From contig JAZGEY010000056.1 in assembly GCA_036478985.1 (NCBI GenBank), positions 1,675-65,674 on the forward strand: a stretch of 64,000 bases of DNA. The letters are read 5' to 3'. This stretch comes from Rhizobiaceae bacterium. Lineage in GTDB: Bacteria; Pseudomonadota; Alphaproteobacteria; Rhizobiales; Rhizobiaceae. The position numbers and the translations under genes were made by a program. Positions 41,682-51,107 of the stretch are shown one piece after another; the first letter of the stretch is position 1, and each line of letters begins with the position of its first letter. The notes beneath the pieces were generated by a model that worked only from the letters and a program-made list of their open reading frames with translations, made no database searches and was not told the DNA's origin.

Positions 41682-42701
41682 ATGAACGAACAAACGGCCA
41701 CGGCCTCAAAGAGCACTCATTCTGCGGAACCTTTATCAAAGGGAACGCAGGAGAAGGCACAGCTATATGCCACCGAGGATAATCCCATTCCTGATGGTGC
41801 TTCTGTTGGGCTGTTACATACGAGTGATGGGGCGGTCATACGGTTCGCTCGTTGGGAGACCAAAAAGCGCCCCTCAAAGGGGACAGTTCTGCTTTTGCAT
41901 GGGCGAACTGAATACATTGAAAAATACTTTGAGACCATAATTGAACTCCGTGAGCGTGGATTCGGGGTGCTGACCTTTGATTGGCGAGGGCAGGGCGGTT
42001 CCTCGCGGCTACTTCGAGATGCCCGAAAAGGCCATGTAGACAACTTCAACCAGTATTTGATCGACTTTGAGGCCGTTCTAACCGAGATCGTACTGCCTGA
42101 TTGTGCTTCTCCTTATTACGTTGTTGGCCATTCCACAGGTAGCTTAATCGCGCTCATGGCGGCCCCAGCACTCACAAACAGAATTCGCCGAATGGTTTTG
42201 TTAGCCCCGCTGTTTGAATTGAATAACCTGCCGATGCGCCAAAGCGTTCTACAACGTCTGTTGGGTATTTTGACATTCGCTGGCTTTGGGCGGGCCTATT
42301 TATCGCAGAACCGTAAGTCTTATGATGAAAAACCGTTCCTCGATAATAAACTGACCTCGGATGAAAAGCGCTTTCAGCGTAGCCGCGATTTTCTGGCTAA
42401 ATATCCTCATCTTGGAATTTCAGGCCCCACAATTGCTTGGCTGTTTGCTGCATGCCGAGCTATGGCTCAAGTAAATGCTCCAGAATATTGCAACGCGATT
42501 TCTATCCCAACCTTACTTATTGGCGCGGGAAATGACGCGGTCGTATCCCCTTCCGCGATTGAGGCTTATGGCCACAAAATGCGCAGTGGCGCGTTCCTAA
42601 CCATCACCGGCGCTAAACACGAAATTTTGCAGGAACAAGATGTTTTCAGAGAACAATTGCTGGCCGCTTTTGATGCCTTTGTGCCAGGGACCGAGATTTA
42701 G
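41682..42701 (+). CDS. Lysophospholipase L2-like alpha/beta hydrolase
   Basis: HGRTEYIEKY, DWRGQGGS, GHSTG nucleophile elbow, KHEIL. Confidence 0.88.
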   Translation: MNEQTATASKSTHSAEPLSKGTQEKAQLYATEDNPIPDGASVGLLHTSDGAVIRFARWETKKRPSKGTVLLLHGRTEYIEKYFETIIELRERGFGVLTFDWRGQGGSSRLLRDARKGHVDNFNQYLIDFEAVLTEIVLPDCASPYYVVGHSTGSLIALMAAPALTNRIRRMVLLAPLFELNNLPMRQSVLQRLLGILTFAGFGRAYLSQNRKSYDEKPFLDNKLTSDEKRFQRSRDFLAKYPHLGISGPTIAWLFAACRAMAQVNAPEYCNAISIPTLLIGAGNDAVVSPSAIEAYGHKMRSGAFLTITGAKHEILQEQDVFREQLLAAFDAFVPGTEI

Positions 42702-42722
42702 AGAGCCTACCTCGCCGTCAAT

Positions 42723-43514
42723 CTATCCGTTCAATACTTTCATTGCGGCTTCATGCAATTCCGCATTTGCGGCGGCTAATACCTGGCCACCATTAGCGCA
42801 GCTACCGCCTTGCCAGTTTGTCACTACGCCACCAGCGGCCTCGATAATGGGTATAAGGGCGGCGATGTCGTAAATGAAGAGTTCGGCTTCTATAACCAAG
42901 TCAACCTGCCCAGCTGCCAGCATGGAATAGGCGTAGCAATCGCAACCATAGCGGAACAATTGGGATTGCTGCTCAACCATAAAATAGGCTTCGTTCGCAG
43001 CAGTTTGCATGATGTGAGGGCTGGTGGTCAGCAGGGTCGCATTACTTATGCTTTTAACTGCGCTGGTTGAAAGTCGCTCTGATTCGCCGCCACGACATGA
43101 CAGATTGGCTTGCCCATCGACCGCCATAAAGCGCTCGCCAGTAAATGGTTGATCCATAACGCCAGCAATTGGCTTGCCGTCTTGATAGAGCCCCATGAGC
43201 GTGCCCCAAACGGGAAGGCCAGAAATAAAAGCGCGCGTGCCATCTATAGGGTCGATCACCCATTGCAAATCGGCCTCTTCGTTGTGCCGTCCAAACTCTT
43301 CGCCGATAATGCCGTGGTTAGGGTAATGCTCTTGGATGAGCTTACGGATAGCCTTTTCAGCTTCTTGGTCGCCTTCGGTTACTGGATCAAAGCCATCGAC
43401 CTCTTTGTTGTCGATTGTAACCTTGGTCCGAAAACGCGGCAGTGTTTCTTTAGCCGCAGCATCGCAAAGGGTGTTGAAAAAACTGGTGAGCTCTAGGGGG
43501 GATGGTGTGTTCAT
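42723..43514 (-). CDS. hisN: Histidinol-phosphatase, inositol monophosphatase family
   Basis: DPVTEGD, GEE, WVIDPIDGTRAF, DCYAY, YDIAA; expected gene neighbourhood. Confidence 0.85.
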   Translation of the reverse strand: MNTPSPLELTSFFNTLCDAAAKETLPRFRTKVTIDNKEVDGFDPVTEGDQEAEKAIRKLIQEHYPNHGIIGEEFGRHNEEADLQWVIDPIDGTRAFISGLPVWGTLMGLYQDGKPIAGVMDQPFTGERFMAVDGQANLSCRGGESERLSTSAVKSISNATLLTTSPHIMQTAANEAYFMVEQQSQLFRYGCDCYAYSMLAAGQVDLVIEAELFIYDIAALIPIIEAAGGVVTNWQGGSCANGGQVLAAANAELHEAAMKVLNG

Positions 43515-43535
43515 CGCTCTTGCATAATTGCTTGG

Positions 43536-44453
43536 CTATTCGGCCGCAACTGAAATCGACGTAAATCCACTGTCAGGTAAGTTTACGAGATGCCCCATGA
43601 CGGAGCGAATGTCGCGGGTGAGAGTTTGAAACCCAGCAGTTGGTTGTAAGCTAATTTCATCTATATAAATGCTGCGGTTGATTTCAATTTGGACCGCATG
43701 CAGCCCCTTCAGGGGGCGACCGTAGTGCTCTGTAATAAAGCCACCTGCATAGGGTTTATTGCGGGCGACCTGATAACCTAGGTCTGAAAAACGACGCATG
43801 AGTTCTCGTGAAATTTCTCCATTGCATGAAGTTCCGTAGCGATCGCCGATGATAATATCGGGATAATTATGGCTTTCACCCTTCACACTGGCTGAAGGCA
43901 TGGAGTGGCAATCGACCAGAACTGCATAGTCAAAACGGGCAACAGATTGGGCCATTAAGCTTCGTAGGGTCTGATGGTAGGGGCGATAGACCGTCTCAAT
44001 TCTATCCATGGCTTGTTCTAGTGAAGGGGGGGAGGCGTAAATCGGCATGTTTTCTGCCACAAGGCGTGGGATTGTACCCAAGCCGCCAGCAACCCGCAAA
44101 GAGCGAATGTTGGCATGGGCAGGGAGGCGCTCTTGAAACAATTTTGGGTCTAATTCGTATGGCTCGCGATTCACATCAAGCCAAGCGCGAGGAAAGTCTG
44201 CCGTCAACAAAGGAGCACCGATCTCAACTACGCTGGCGAACAGCTGGTCAACCAAGACATCCTCGGAGCTTCGTAATTGATGATCGGTTAAGCACGAAGT
44301 ATTTTGCAGTGAAGTGGGGTAATTGCGGCCGCTGTGGGGGGAGTTAAATATATAGGGAACGCGCTGCTCTGCAGGTGTGTAAACACGAAATGGCGGGTGA
44401 TCCGCGTGGTTGAATTCTGTGGTTTTATTATCGGATTCGTTATCACTTCCCAT
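43536..44453 (-). CDS. N-formylglutamate amidohydrolase family protein
   Basis: SPHSG, SED, DVNREPYELDP, DCHSMP, PYAGGFIT, QIEINR. Confidence 0.9.
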   Translation of the reverse strand: MGSDNESDNKTTEFNHADHPPFRVYTPAEQRVPYIFNSPHSGRNYPTSLQNTSCLTDHQLRSSEDVLVDQLFASVVEIGAPLLTADFPRAWLDVNREPYELDPKLFQERLPAHANIRSLRVAGGLGTIPRLVAENMPIYASPPSLEQAMDRIETVYRPYHQTLRSLMAQSVARFDYAVLVDCHSMPSASVKGESHNYPDIIIGDRYGTSCNGEISRELMRRFSDLGYQVARNKPYAGGFITEHYGRPLKGLHAVQIEINRSIYIDEISLQPTAGFQTLTRDIRSVMGHLVNLPDSGFTSISVAAE

Positions 44454-44637
44454 AGTTGTGATTTTGTCAGGTGATCTTAGTCATGTCCAGTCATGATAAA
44501 ATCTGGTAGACTTGAGAAAGTTTCGAGTTGTTTATCCGATATTTACCAAGTTGGTGTGTGATTAGGGTATCGGGAAGTGTTCACGGGGTATTTTAGTGCC
44601 TTTTGTGTACCGCAGTAGTGAGTTTAATGGGACCAAC

Positions 44638-44997
44638 ATGAACAAAATTCTTTTAGCAGAAGATGATAATGATATGCGCCGCTTTTTGGCAAAGGCTTTG
44701 GCTAATGCTGGCTATGATGTCATTTCCTATGACAATGGCGCCAGCGCCTACGAGCGTTTGCGGGAAGAGCCGTTTACTCTACTGCTAACGGATATCGTTA
44801 TGCCCGAAATGGACGGCATCGAGCTTGCGCGTCGCGCGACTGAATTGGATCCTGATTTGAAGGTGATGTTTATTACGGGTTTTGCTGCCGTTGCGCTTAA
44901 CCCAGAATCAGATGCTCCCAAGGATGCAAAAGTTTTGTCAAAACCTTTTCATTTGCGTGACCTGGTCAACGAAGTTGAAAAAATGTTGGCCGCCTAA
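44638..44997 (+). CDS. cpdR: Single-domain response regulator CpdR
   Basis: KILLAEDDNDMRRFL, LLTDIVMPEMDGIELAR, FITGFAAVAL, SKPFHLRDLV; adjacent to tRNA-Val. Confidence 0.93.
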   Translation: MNKILLAEDDNDMRRFLAKALANAGYDVISYDNGASAYERLREEPFTLLLTDIVMPEMDGIELARRATELDPDLKVMFITGFAAVALNPESDAPKDAKVLSKPFHLRDLVNEVEKMLAA

Positions 44998-45095
44998 ACG
45001 AAGCTTAATTGGCGGTTGACGCGGTTGTTGTTTGTGTGGTCTATCCGCGTGTGCAAAGAACTTAGGTTCAGCACGGAACAAGCCGTTCAATGAAC

Positions 45096-45170
45096 GGGCG
45101 ATTAGCTCAGTGGTAGAGCACTACATTGACATTGTAGGGGTCACAAGTTCGAACCTTGTATCGCCCACCA
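45096..45170 (+). tRNA. tRNA-Val (GAC)
   Basis: GGGCGAT acceptor stem, AGCTCAGTGGTAGAGC D-arm, CTACA-TTGACAT-TGTAG anticodon arm, GTTCGAA T-loop, 3' CCA. Confidence 0.96.
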
Positions 45171-45175
45171 TTCCT

Positions 45176-46417
45176 TTAAGTGACTTGACTAGAGACTATG
45201 CCTGAAGCGCACCATTTATCAAATATTTCTAGTGCGGCGTCGGCGAAGCTTTGATCGTTAATGTGGGCATCGAGTTCTTTTAAGGTGATATTTGGGGGAC
45301 ACCCTTTTCTAAGTTGATCGCAAAAAGCAGATAACCCTTCAGGGTTATGCAGTTCGGCTCCTTCGCGGTCCCATTCGCCACACCCCTTGGTGGGCAGGAG
45401 GAGAATCGTTTCGCCTTTTGCCTTAGCCAGTTGTGTGCAATGGGCATCGGCAACTTCTTGGCGTTGTTCCTTGTTGAGTATGATAGAGGTCAACAGTCGG
45501 TTATGGGCATGGCTTTCATTGTTAGCCCATTTCGATGGAACCTCTTGCCAGCCGACAATATCAACAAGGTCATAGCAACCTGGGGCCACTATTTGAGGTG
45601 TGCCGTTTAACCCTGCGTTGGTGAGGCGATCAGCACCTGCGGAAATATTAGAGCCATGAATATGATTGCCTAACTCTTGGGTGCAAAAATCAAAGACGCA
45701 GGCAAATTCCCCTTGGGCGGCAAGGCTTTCAAATGCTCGCCCCCCCATGCCAGTTGCGTGAAAAACAATGAGCTCAAATCCACGCTCTTCAAGTGCAGGC
45801 TTGAGATAAACCATGTAGCGTAGTGCTGTCTTCCCAAGGCTTGTCATTCCTATTTTAGGGCGTGAGTTGACGGGCTTTTCAACAGAGCGCGCTGCTCCCA
45901 AAACGGCACCTGCCGCTTGTGAGAGAGATGCCTTGCAAACGGAATTCAAGCCGTAAAGCCCGCCAGCCCAGAGGATCATTTGTGTGTCAGCGGCAAGTCG
46001 CTCTACTGGTATGAGCGGGGAAAATGAAACGGTGGAGACAATGTATTTTGGAACACCCAAGGGCAGAGCTGAGCAAACATCGAGAGCTAAATCCGTCCCC
46101 ATTGTTCCGCCAAGAACCATCATGCCGTCGATGTCGCCCTTGGTATAAATACTTGTGACCAGTGCGGCGGCCCCCTTGGCCATGATCTGCATGGCCGTAT
46201 TTTCATCGCCGCTTTTAATTGCAGCTTTAATGGAGCTTCCACCTTGCTCCGCAACATCATGTTTAGAATAATCTGTTGGTTGCTCAGGGTCTCCTAAAAC
46301 ACTCACATCCATCGTTAAAACGCGACCGCCCTGTTTAACAATGCAGTCAGCGATATAGCACAATTCATCATTTTTGGTGTCGTATGTGCCAACCAAAAGT
46401 ATTGTTTTAGAAGTCAT
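45176..46417 (-). CDS. Tm-1-like / UPF0261 ATP-binding domain protein
   Basis: VGTYDTK..E, LGGTMGT, LPLGVPK, GLNS, FHATGMGGRAFE, HIND. Confidence 0.85.
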   Translation of the reverse strand: MTSKTILLVGTYDTKNDELCYIADCIVKQGGRVLTMDVSVLGDPEQPTDYSKHDVAEQGGSSIKAAIKSGDENTAMQIMAKGAAALVTSIYTKGDIDGMMVLGGTMGTDLALDVCSALPLGVPKYIVSTVSFSPLIPVERLAADTQMILWAGGLYGLNSVCKASLSQAAGAVLGAARSVEKPVNSRPKIGMTSLGKTALRYMVYLKPALEERGFELIVFHATGMGGRAFESLAAQGEFACVFDFCTQELGNHIHGSNISAGADRLTNAGLNGTPQIVAPGCYDLVDIVGWQEVPSKWANNESHAHNRLLTSIILNKEQRQEVADAHCTQLAKAKGETILLLPTKGCGEWDREGAELHNPEGLSAFCDQLRKGCPPNITLKELDAHINDQSFADAALEIFDKWCASGIVSSQVT

Positions 46418-46421
46418 GCGG

Positions 46422-47945
46422 TCAGCCCTGTTGTGTGTTGTGAATGTCGTGGTCGATGTCAGCCTCATTCAAGCGGTTCTTATGCTCAATGAAGATGGTG
46501 CGGATGTGCATGGCGATAATGAACAATATCAAGGTAAAAATTATAGCGGCTATTGGTCGGTTGATGAAATCTAACGGGGTCTCTACCCGTGCCATGGCGC
46601 TGCGAAGTTTGGTTTCCATTATCCCTCCTAGAACCATGCCGAGTATAATGGGAACAGAGGGTAGATTGAGACGTTTTAAGATTAAACCGAAGACACCAAA
46701 GCCTGAGGCGATTGCGCAATCCGTGACAGAGTTCCGTAAAGAATAAATACCCACGAAGCTTAGAGTGAGAATGACCAAGCCTAAGAAGCGGGTGGGGATT
46801 TGAATAATTTTTGTGAGTAGGTTTGTTGAGAAGAGCAGGAATATCAAGACAATGACATTGAGCAACAGCATGGCGATATACAGCGCCATGACGAAATCCA
46901 TTTTGTTTTGGAACAGTTGAGGCCCGGGAATTACGTTGTGGACGTAGAATACAGAAAGCATCATTGCGGTGAGGGCTTCACCTGGAATACCAAGTGCGAG
47001 CAGTGGGATCATTGCAGCGGCTGGCACTGCATTATTTGAGGTCTCTGATGCGATTAAACCTTCGGGGGAACCATCCCTGAATTTTTCAGGAGCTTTCGAT
47101 GTTTTTTGTGCATAGGTATAGGACATGAATTGCGCTGTGAATTCGCCCACTCCGGGGATCATTCCCATCACCACCCCAAAGCTGGCGGATATAGTTGCAA
47201 TGCGTTTATGGCCGAATAGTTCTTTGATGCCAGAGAGTAGATTTCCACTTACTGGCTGTGCTTTTGGGGTGCTGTCTTTTTCGACCAGTAAAGAAAATGC
47301 TTGGGAGAGGGCGAAAATTCCCAACACCACGACAATCAAATCAACGCCAGAAGAAAGCCACCCTTGGTCGAATGTGTAACGCTTCGTGTACTTAATGGGC
47401 TCCAGTCCGATAGTGTTTAAGAAAATGCCGAAGGAGGCCAACATACCCGCTGCAAACACCTGACCGCGATGGGCCAGAACGACTAGGATAATTCCCATCA
47501 AGGCCGCGAGAAATATTTCGCGACTTCCAAATTGTGGTGCAATCCATGCCAGCACGGGGGAGAGAAACATAAGGCAAATGATTGAGAAAATTCCGCCGAA
47601 AAAAGAGGCGGAATAGGCAAGTGATAGCGCACGTTTTGCTTGCCCCCTTTTGGTCATTGGATAACCGTCATAGGTGGTCAACGCATTTACTGCAGTGCCC
47701 GGCGTATTGATAAGAATTGCCGGAATTGCGCCGCCATACATGGAGGAGCCATAAATACCCAGGAGCAAAGTCAGACCGACGATTGGTTGCATCGAAAAGG
47801 TTGCGGGTAACAATATTGCGATGGCAACAGCCGCGCCAACACCTGGGATCGCACCGATAATTACCCCGCCGATTGACCCCACAAGAAGTGCCGCCACGAC
47901 TTGCCATTGGGCAAGGATTTGTAACCCAGCGTAAAAATCTTCCAT
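46422..47945 (-). CDS. Tripartite tricarboxylate transporter permease TctA
   Basis: GAIPG, YGGAIPAILINTPG, ETSNNA, LALGIPG. Confidence 0.92.
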   Translation of the reverse strand: MEDFYAGLQILAQWQVVAALLVGSIGGVIIGAIPGVGAAVAIAILLPATFSMQPIVGLTLLLGIYGSSMYGGAIPAILINTPGTAVNALTTYDGYPMTKRGQAKRALSLAYSASFFGGIFSIICLMFLSPVLAWIAPQFGSREIFLAALMGIILVVLAHRGQVFAAGMLASFGIFLNTIGLEPIKYTKRYTFDQGWLSSGVDLIVVVLGIFALSQAFSLLVEKDSTPKAQPVSGNLLSGIKELFGHKRIATISASFGVVMGMIPGVGEFTAQFMSYTYAQKTSKAPEKFRDGSPEGLIASETSNNAVPAAAMIPLLALGIPGEALTAMMLSVFYVHNVIPGPQLFQNKMDFVMALYIAMLLLNVIVLIFLLFSTNLLTKIIQIPTRFLGLVILTLSFVGIYSLRNSVTDCAIASGFGVFGLILKRLNLPSVPIILGMVLGGIMETKLRSAMARVETPLDFINRPIAAIIFTLILFIIAMHIRTIFIEHKNRLNEADIDHDIHNTQQG

Positions 47946-47954
47946 CACATCACC

Positions 47955-48485
47955 CTAGAAATTTGTTAGCATAAAGCTACGCAGTGCAGTTGGAAGGAAT
48001 TCGTAGATCGCTCCACCTGGTACTTTCACCTGCAAAAAAGTCTTGAAAGTCAAAACAATTCCAAAGGCGGTAAGAGCGGAAGTGCCTAGCCATTTTGGAG
48101 AGCGATAGTTCAACCTAAACGCTAAACATATTGAGAAAAGAACCGTGGCAACAAGGTAACCGAGTAGGGGGACCAAAATGACATAACCAAGAAACCACGC
48201 AACATATTCTAGAGAACGCGCCCAGAACCAAACTTCTTTCCAACGACCTTCAATGCGCGGCGATGCAATTGACCCAAACAAATGGAGCGCTGCAAAAAGA
48301 CACATAAAAGAAAGTGAAACAGCTGGCCAAAAAGCGGGTTGAGAAAACAATCGCGTGTTTTTCCAGGCGGTCTGCTCGCCTATCTGACTTAAGAGAAACA
48401 GCGATAGCGCGAAGAACAGGCATGCGAAAACGATGTCGCCTGGGCGTCTGTATCGCTTGAACATGTCTTGAAGCGTCTTAAACAT
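47955..48485 (-). CDS. Tripartite tricarboxylate transporter TctB
   Basis: 4 TM, P.FWP, LGY..AT, F...LQV..P; lies between tctC and tctA. Confidence 0.85.
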   Translation of the reverse strand: MFKTLQDMFKRYRRPGDIVFACLFFALSLFLLSQIGEQTAWKNTRLFSQPAFWPAVSLSFMCLFAALHLFGSIASPRIEGRWKEVWFWARSLEYVAWFLGYVILVPLLGYLVATVLFSICLAFRLNYRSPKWLGTSALTAFGIVLTFKTFLQVKVPGGAIYEFLPTALRSFMLTNF

Positions 48486-48517
48486 AACAACCCTCCCATG
48501 ATTGTTTATGTTGGCAC

Positions 48518-48549
48518 AAAAAAACGGCGAGCAGCAATGCCCGCCGTTT
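48518..48549 (-). terminator. Stem-loop/terminator after tctC
   Basis: Minus strand AAACGGCGGGCA-TTGC-TGCTCGCCGTTTTTTT. Confidence 0.7.
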
Positions 48550-48555
48550 ATTCTA

Positions 48556-49497
48556 TTATTTTAACAAATCGCCGATACCACCGAGGGTAGCGCCATCTCT
48601 TTCAATGCGCGCTGCAGATTCTTTAGCATCTTGCCAATATACCGAAGCGCCTGTTTTCTTAGCCAAGTCTTGGGCTCGTTTGCTCGCCATTGTTTCTTTA
48701 GCAACGGCAATGATTTTCTCACGAACATCAGCTGGTGTGGCTTTGCCGACAAACAATCCATTCCATAGTGCGAGGTTTAGTTTGGGGTTCAGCTCGCCCA
48801 TTGTCGGTGCATCGGGAACGAGTGGAATACGTTTATCGGTAATGGTCGCCAAGACATTCACCTTATCGAGACAAGGTAGAATGAGCTGTAAAGTGGTGTT
48901 GATAACATCTGCATCACCTGATGCTAAAGTGTTGCAATCGAGGGCATCGAATGCTGCTTCAGAGCCCCATTCAAATCCGGCCGTTTTGGCATAAGCCAAT
49001 GTCACTTTGGTGGGCGGAAGTGGTGCGCCAAAATGGCCCAGTGCCAATTTGTTGGTTTTGGCATGGACCGCCATCTCCTGAATTGTCTTGTAGGGTGCAG
49101 ATTTTGAAGATGCCAAAACGAAGGGGTACGTTAGAAATATTCCCAGTGGATCAAATTTTGCTGGAGCAAGTTCCGCGATATCAATTTTATGGCCCAAGAT
49201 TGGAACGGCTATCACAAAAGAACCGATCGTATATCCATCAGATGGAGCCATTGCCACCGCGATTGCTCCGGGGAAAGGCCCGCCACCACCGCCGGGTTTG
49301 TTTATAACTGCAGCTGGTACGCCGTATTTTTTTTGGAAATCTTCAGCGATCATGCGGGTCAACACATCTTCTAAATCACCGGGGGGCCAAGGGACAATAA
49401 ACTGAACTGGTTTTTCTGGGTATTCCGCAAATGCAGTGCCAGAAGATAGGAGTGTTGCAGCAGCAGCCATCCCCGCGAGTAATAATTTTTTTAGCAT
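48556..49497 (-). CDS. Tripartite tricarboxylate transporter substrate-binding protein (TctC/Bug)
   Basis: Signal peptide, YPEKPVQFIVPWPPG, NKPGGGG, DGYTIG. Confidence 0.9.
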   Translation of the reverse strand: MLKKLLLAGMAAAATLLSSGTAFAEYPEKPVQFIVPWPPGDLEDVLTRMIAEDFQKKYGVPAAVINKPGGGGGPFPGAIAVAMAPSDGYTIGSFVIAVPILGHKIDIAELAPAKFDPLGIFLTYPFVLASSKSAPYKTIQEMAVHAKTNKLALGHFGAPLPPTKVTLAYAKTAGFEWGSEAAFDALDCNTLASGDADVINTTLQLILPCLDKVNVLATITDKRIPLVPDAPTMGELNPKLNLALWNGLFVGKATPADVREKIIAVAKETMASKRAQDLAKKTGASVYWQDAKESAARIERDGATLGGIGDLLK

Positions 49498-49545
49498 ACC
49501 ATTCTCCCTAAATGAGCATTTTGTGCTCACAGCTAGTGTAAAGTC

Positions 49546-49562
49546 GGTTCATTATTTGAACC
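49546..49562. promoter_or_regulatory. Probable IclR operator
   Basis: Perfect palindromic arms GGTTCA-TTATT-TGAACC between the divergent tctC and iclR genes. Confidence 0.6.
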
Positions 49563-49668
49563 TACGGTGCAAAAATATATTGCGCTTAGAATTTAATTCT
49601 GTCAACGATGCACCTGTTAGACAAGGGTGGCCTTGTTGATGATATTGACCAAAAGGCGCTCATTTCAC

Positions 49669-50454
49669 ATGGGGACGATTACAAAGGCATTGAAATTATT
49701 GAATTATTTTTCAATACACCGTGCTGAAATTGGCTTGAGTGAATTTAAGGCTTTGTCTGTTCAGGACAAGGCAACGGTTTATCGCCATCTTTGTGAACTT
49801 CAAGAAAATGGGTTTATTGAACAGGACCCTATCAGTAAAAATTACCGTCTCGGTCCTGCCGTTTTACGTTTGGCGACAGTTAGAGAGCAAACGTTTCCTA
49901 TGCGTGAAGCCGTCTCAACCATCGTCGATGAGTTGTCGCGGCAGTTAGGAGAGTTGGTGCATGTTTCCTTGTATGAAGGCGGTTATATGTCGCCACTTTA
50001 TCATGCCGATATCCAACCCCATGGAACCCGCGTGTATTTCGACGAAGGTGAATTACTTCCCATGCACGCAACGTCTTCAGGCCTCGCCATGCTGGCATTT
50101 GGTGGGGATGGTATTTTGAACCAATTGCTCAAAGCGCCTTTGGTGGACTTCACGGGACATACGATTACTTCTCCAAAAGATATCAAGCAGTATGTGCAAA
50201 GGGTTCGCGATCAAGGGTATGCTCTCTCGGAGGAAGGGTTTGAAAAAGAAGTTTTCTCAATGGCCGTCCCTGTATTTAACCAAGGGGAGGTTAGCATTGG
50301 AACGATTGCAGTTGCATTGCCGCATTCGCGATTAACAAAAGCTGTTCAAGAAAAAATTCTGACACAACTCAAGCAAGGCGGCAGAGATGTTACAAATGTT
50401 TTGGGTGGTACTGTTCCCGAAAAATTAGAGGGGGCGTGGGAAGATGCAGTCTGA
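49669..50454 (+). CDS. IclR-family transcriptional regulator
   Basis: KAL.LL, KATVYR.L..L...GF, YRLG, PMHATSSG, SMAVPV. Confidence 0.92.
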   Translation: MGTITKALKLLNYFSIHRAEIGLSEFKALSVQDKATVYRHLCELQENGFIEQDPISKNYRLGPAVLRLATVREQTFPMREAVSTIVDELSRQLGELVHVSLYEGGYMSPLYHADIQPHGTRVYFDEGELLPMHATSSGLAMLAFGGDGILNQLLKAPLVDFTGHTITSPKDIKQYVQRVRDQGYALSEEGFEKEVFSMAVPVFNQGEVSIGTIAVALPHSRLTKAVQEKILTQLKQGGRDVTNVLGGTVPEKLEGAWEDAV

Positions 50455-51097
50455 GATCCATGCACTCATTTTTGATTTTGGTGGGGTGATTTCTCGTACA
50501 CTTTTTGAAACCCATCAGCTTTCAGAAAAAGCTCTTGGATTAAAAAGCGGCAGTTTAACATGGCGAGGCCCGTTTGATCCCGCTGGCGATGATCTTTGGC
50601 GATCAATGCAAGAAGGAAAAATAACCGAACGGGATTATTGGGCAACTCGAACTAATGAAGTTGCCGATATGATAGGGGCCTCTTGGGGGCAAATGTCAGA
50701 TTTTGTGAAAGCGGCAAGGGGGGCCTCTCCGCTAGAGATTATACGACCCGAATTTTTAACGACCATCGAGCAGGCGAAAGAAGCGGGCATTCGCTTGGCT
50801 ATTCTCTCTAATGAATTGGATTTGTTCTACGGCGCAGAATTCCGTGGCAAACTTCCCTTCCTGAAAGATTTTGAAGTTATTCACGATGCGACATACACAA
50901 ATATTTTGAAACCAGCTCCCCGTTCTTACCAAGCCTGTTTGGACGATTTGGGCCTAAGCGCTGAACAATGCCTTTTTATTGACGATCAAGCTCGCAACAT
51001 TGAAGGCGCAATAATTATTGGCCTTCAAACAATTCACTTTGATGTAATGGACCCTGCGAAAAGCTATAGTGCAGTCCTACGACAACTCGGCCTTTAG
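50444..51097 (+). CDS. HAD-IA family hydrolase
   Basis: FDFGGVI, ILSN, KPAP, FIDDQ..N motifs. Confidence 0.88.
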   Translation: MQSEIHALIFDFGGVISRTLFETHQLSEKALGLKSGSLTWRGPFDPAGDDLWRSMQEGKITERDYWATRTNEVADMIGASWGQMSDFVKAARGASPLEIIRPEFLTTIEQAKEAGIRLAILSNELDLFYGAEFRGKLPFLKDFEVIHDATYTNILKPAPRSYQACLDDLGLSAEQCLFIDDQARNIEGAIIIGLQTIHFDVMDPAKSYSAVLRQLGL

Positions 51098-51107
51098 GAG
51101 AAAAATA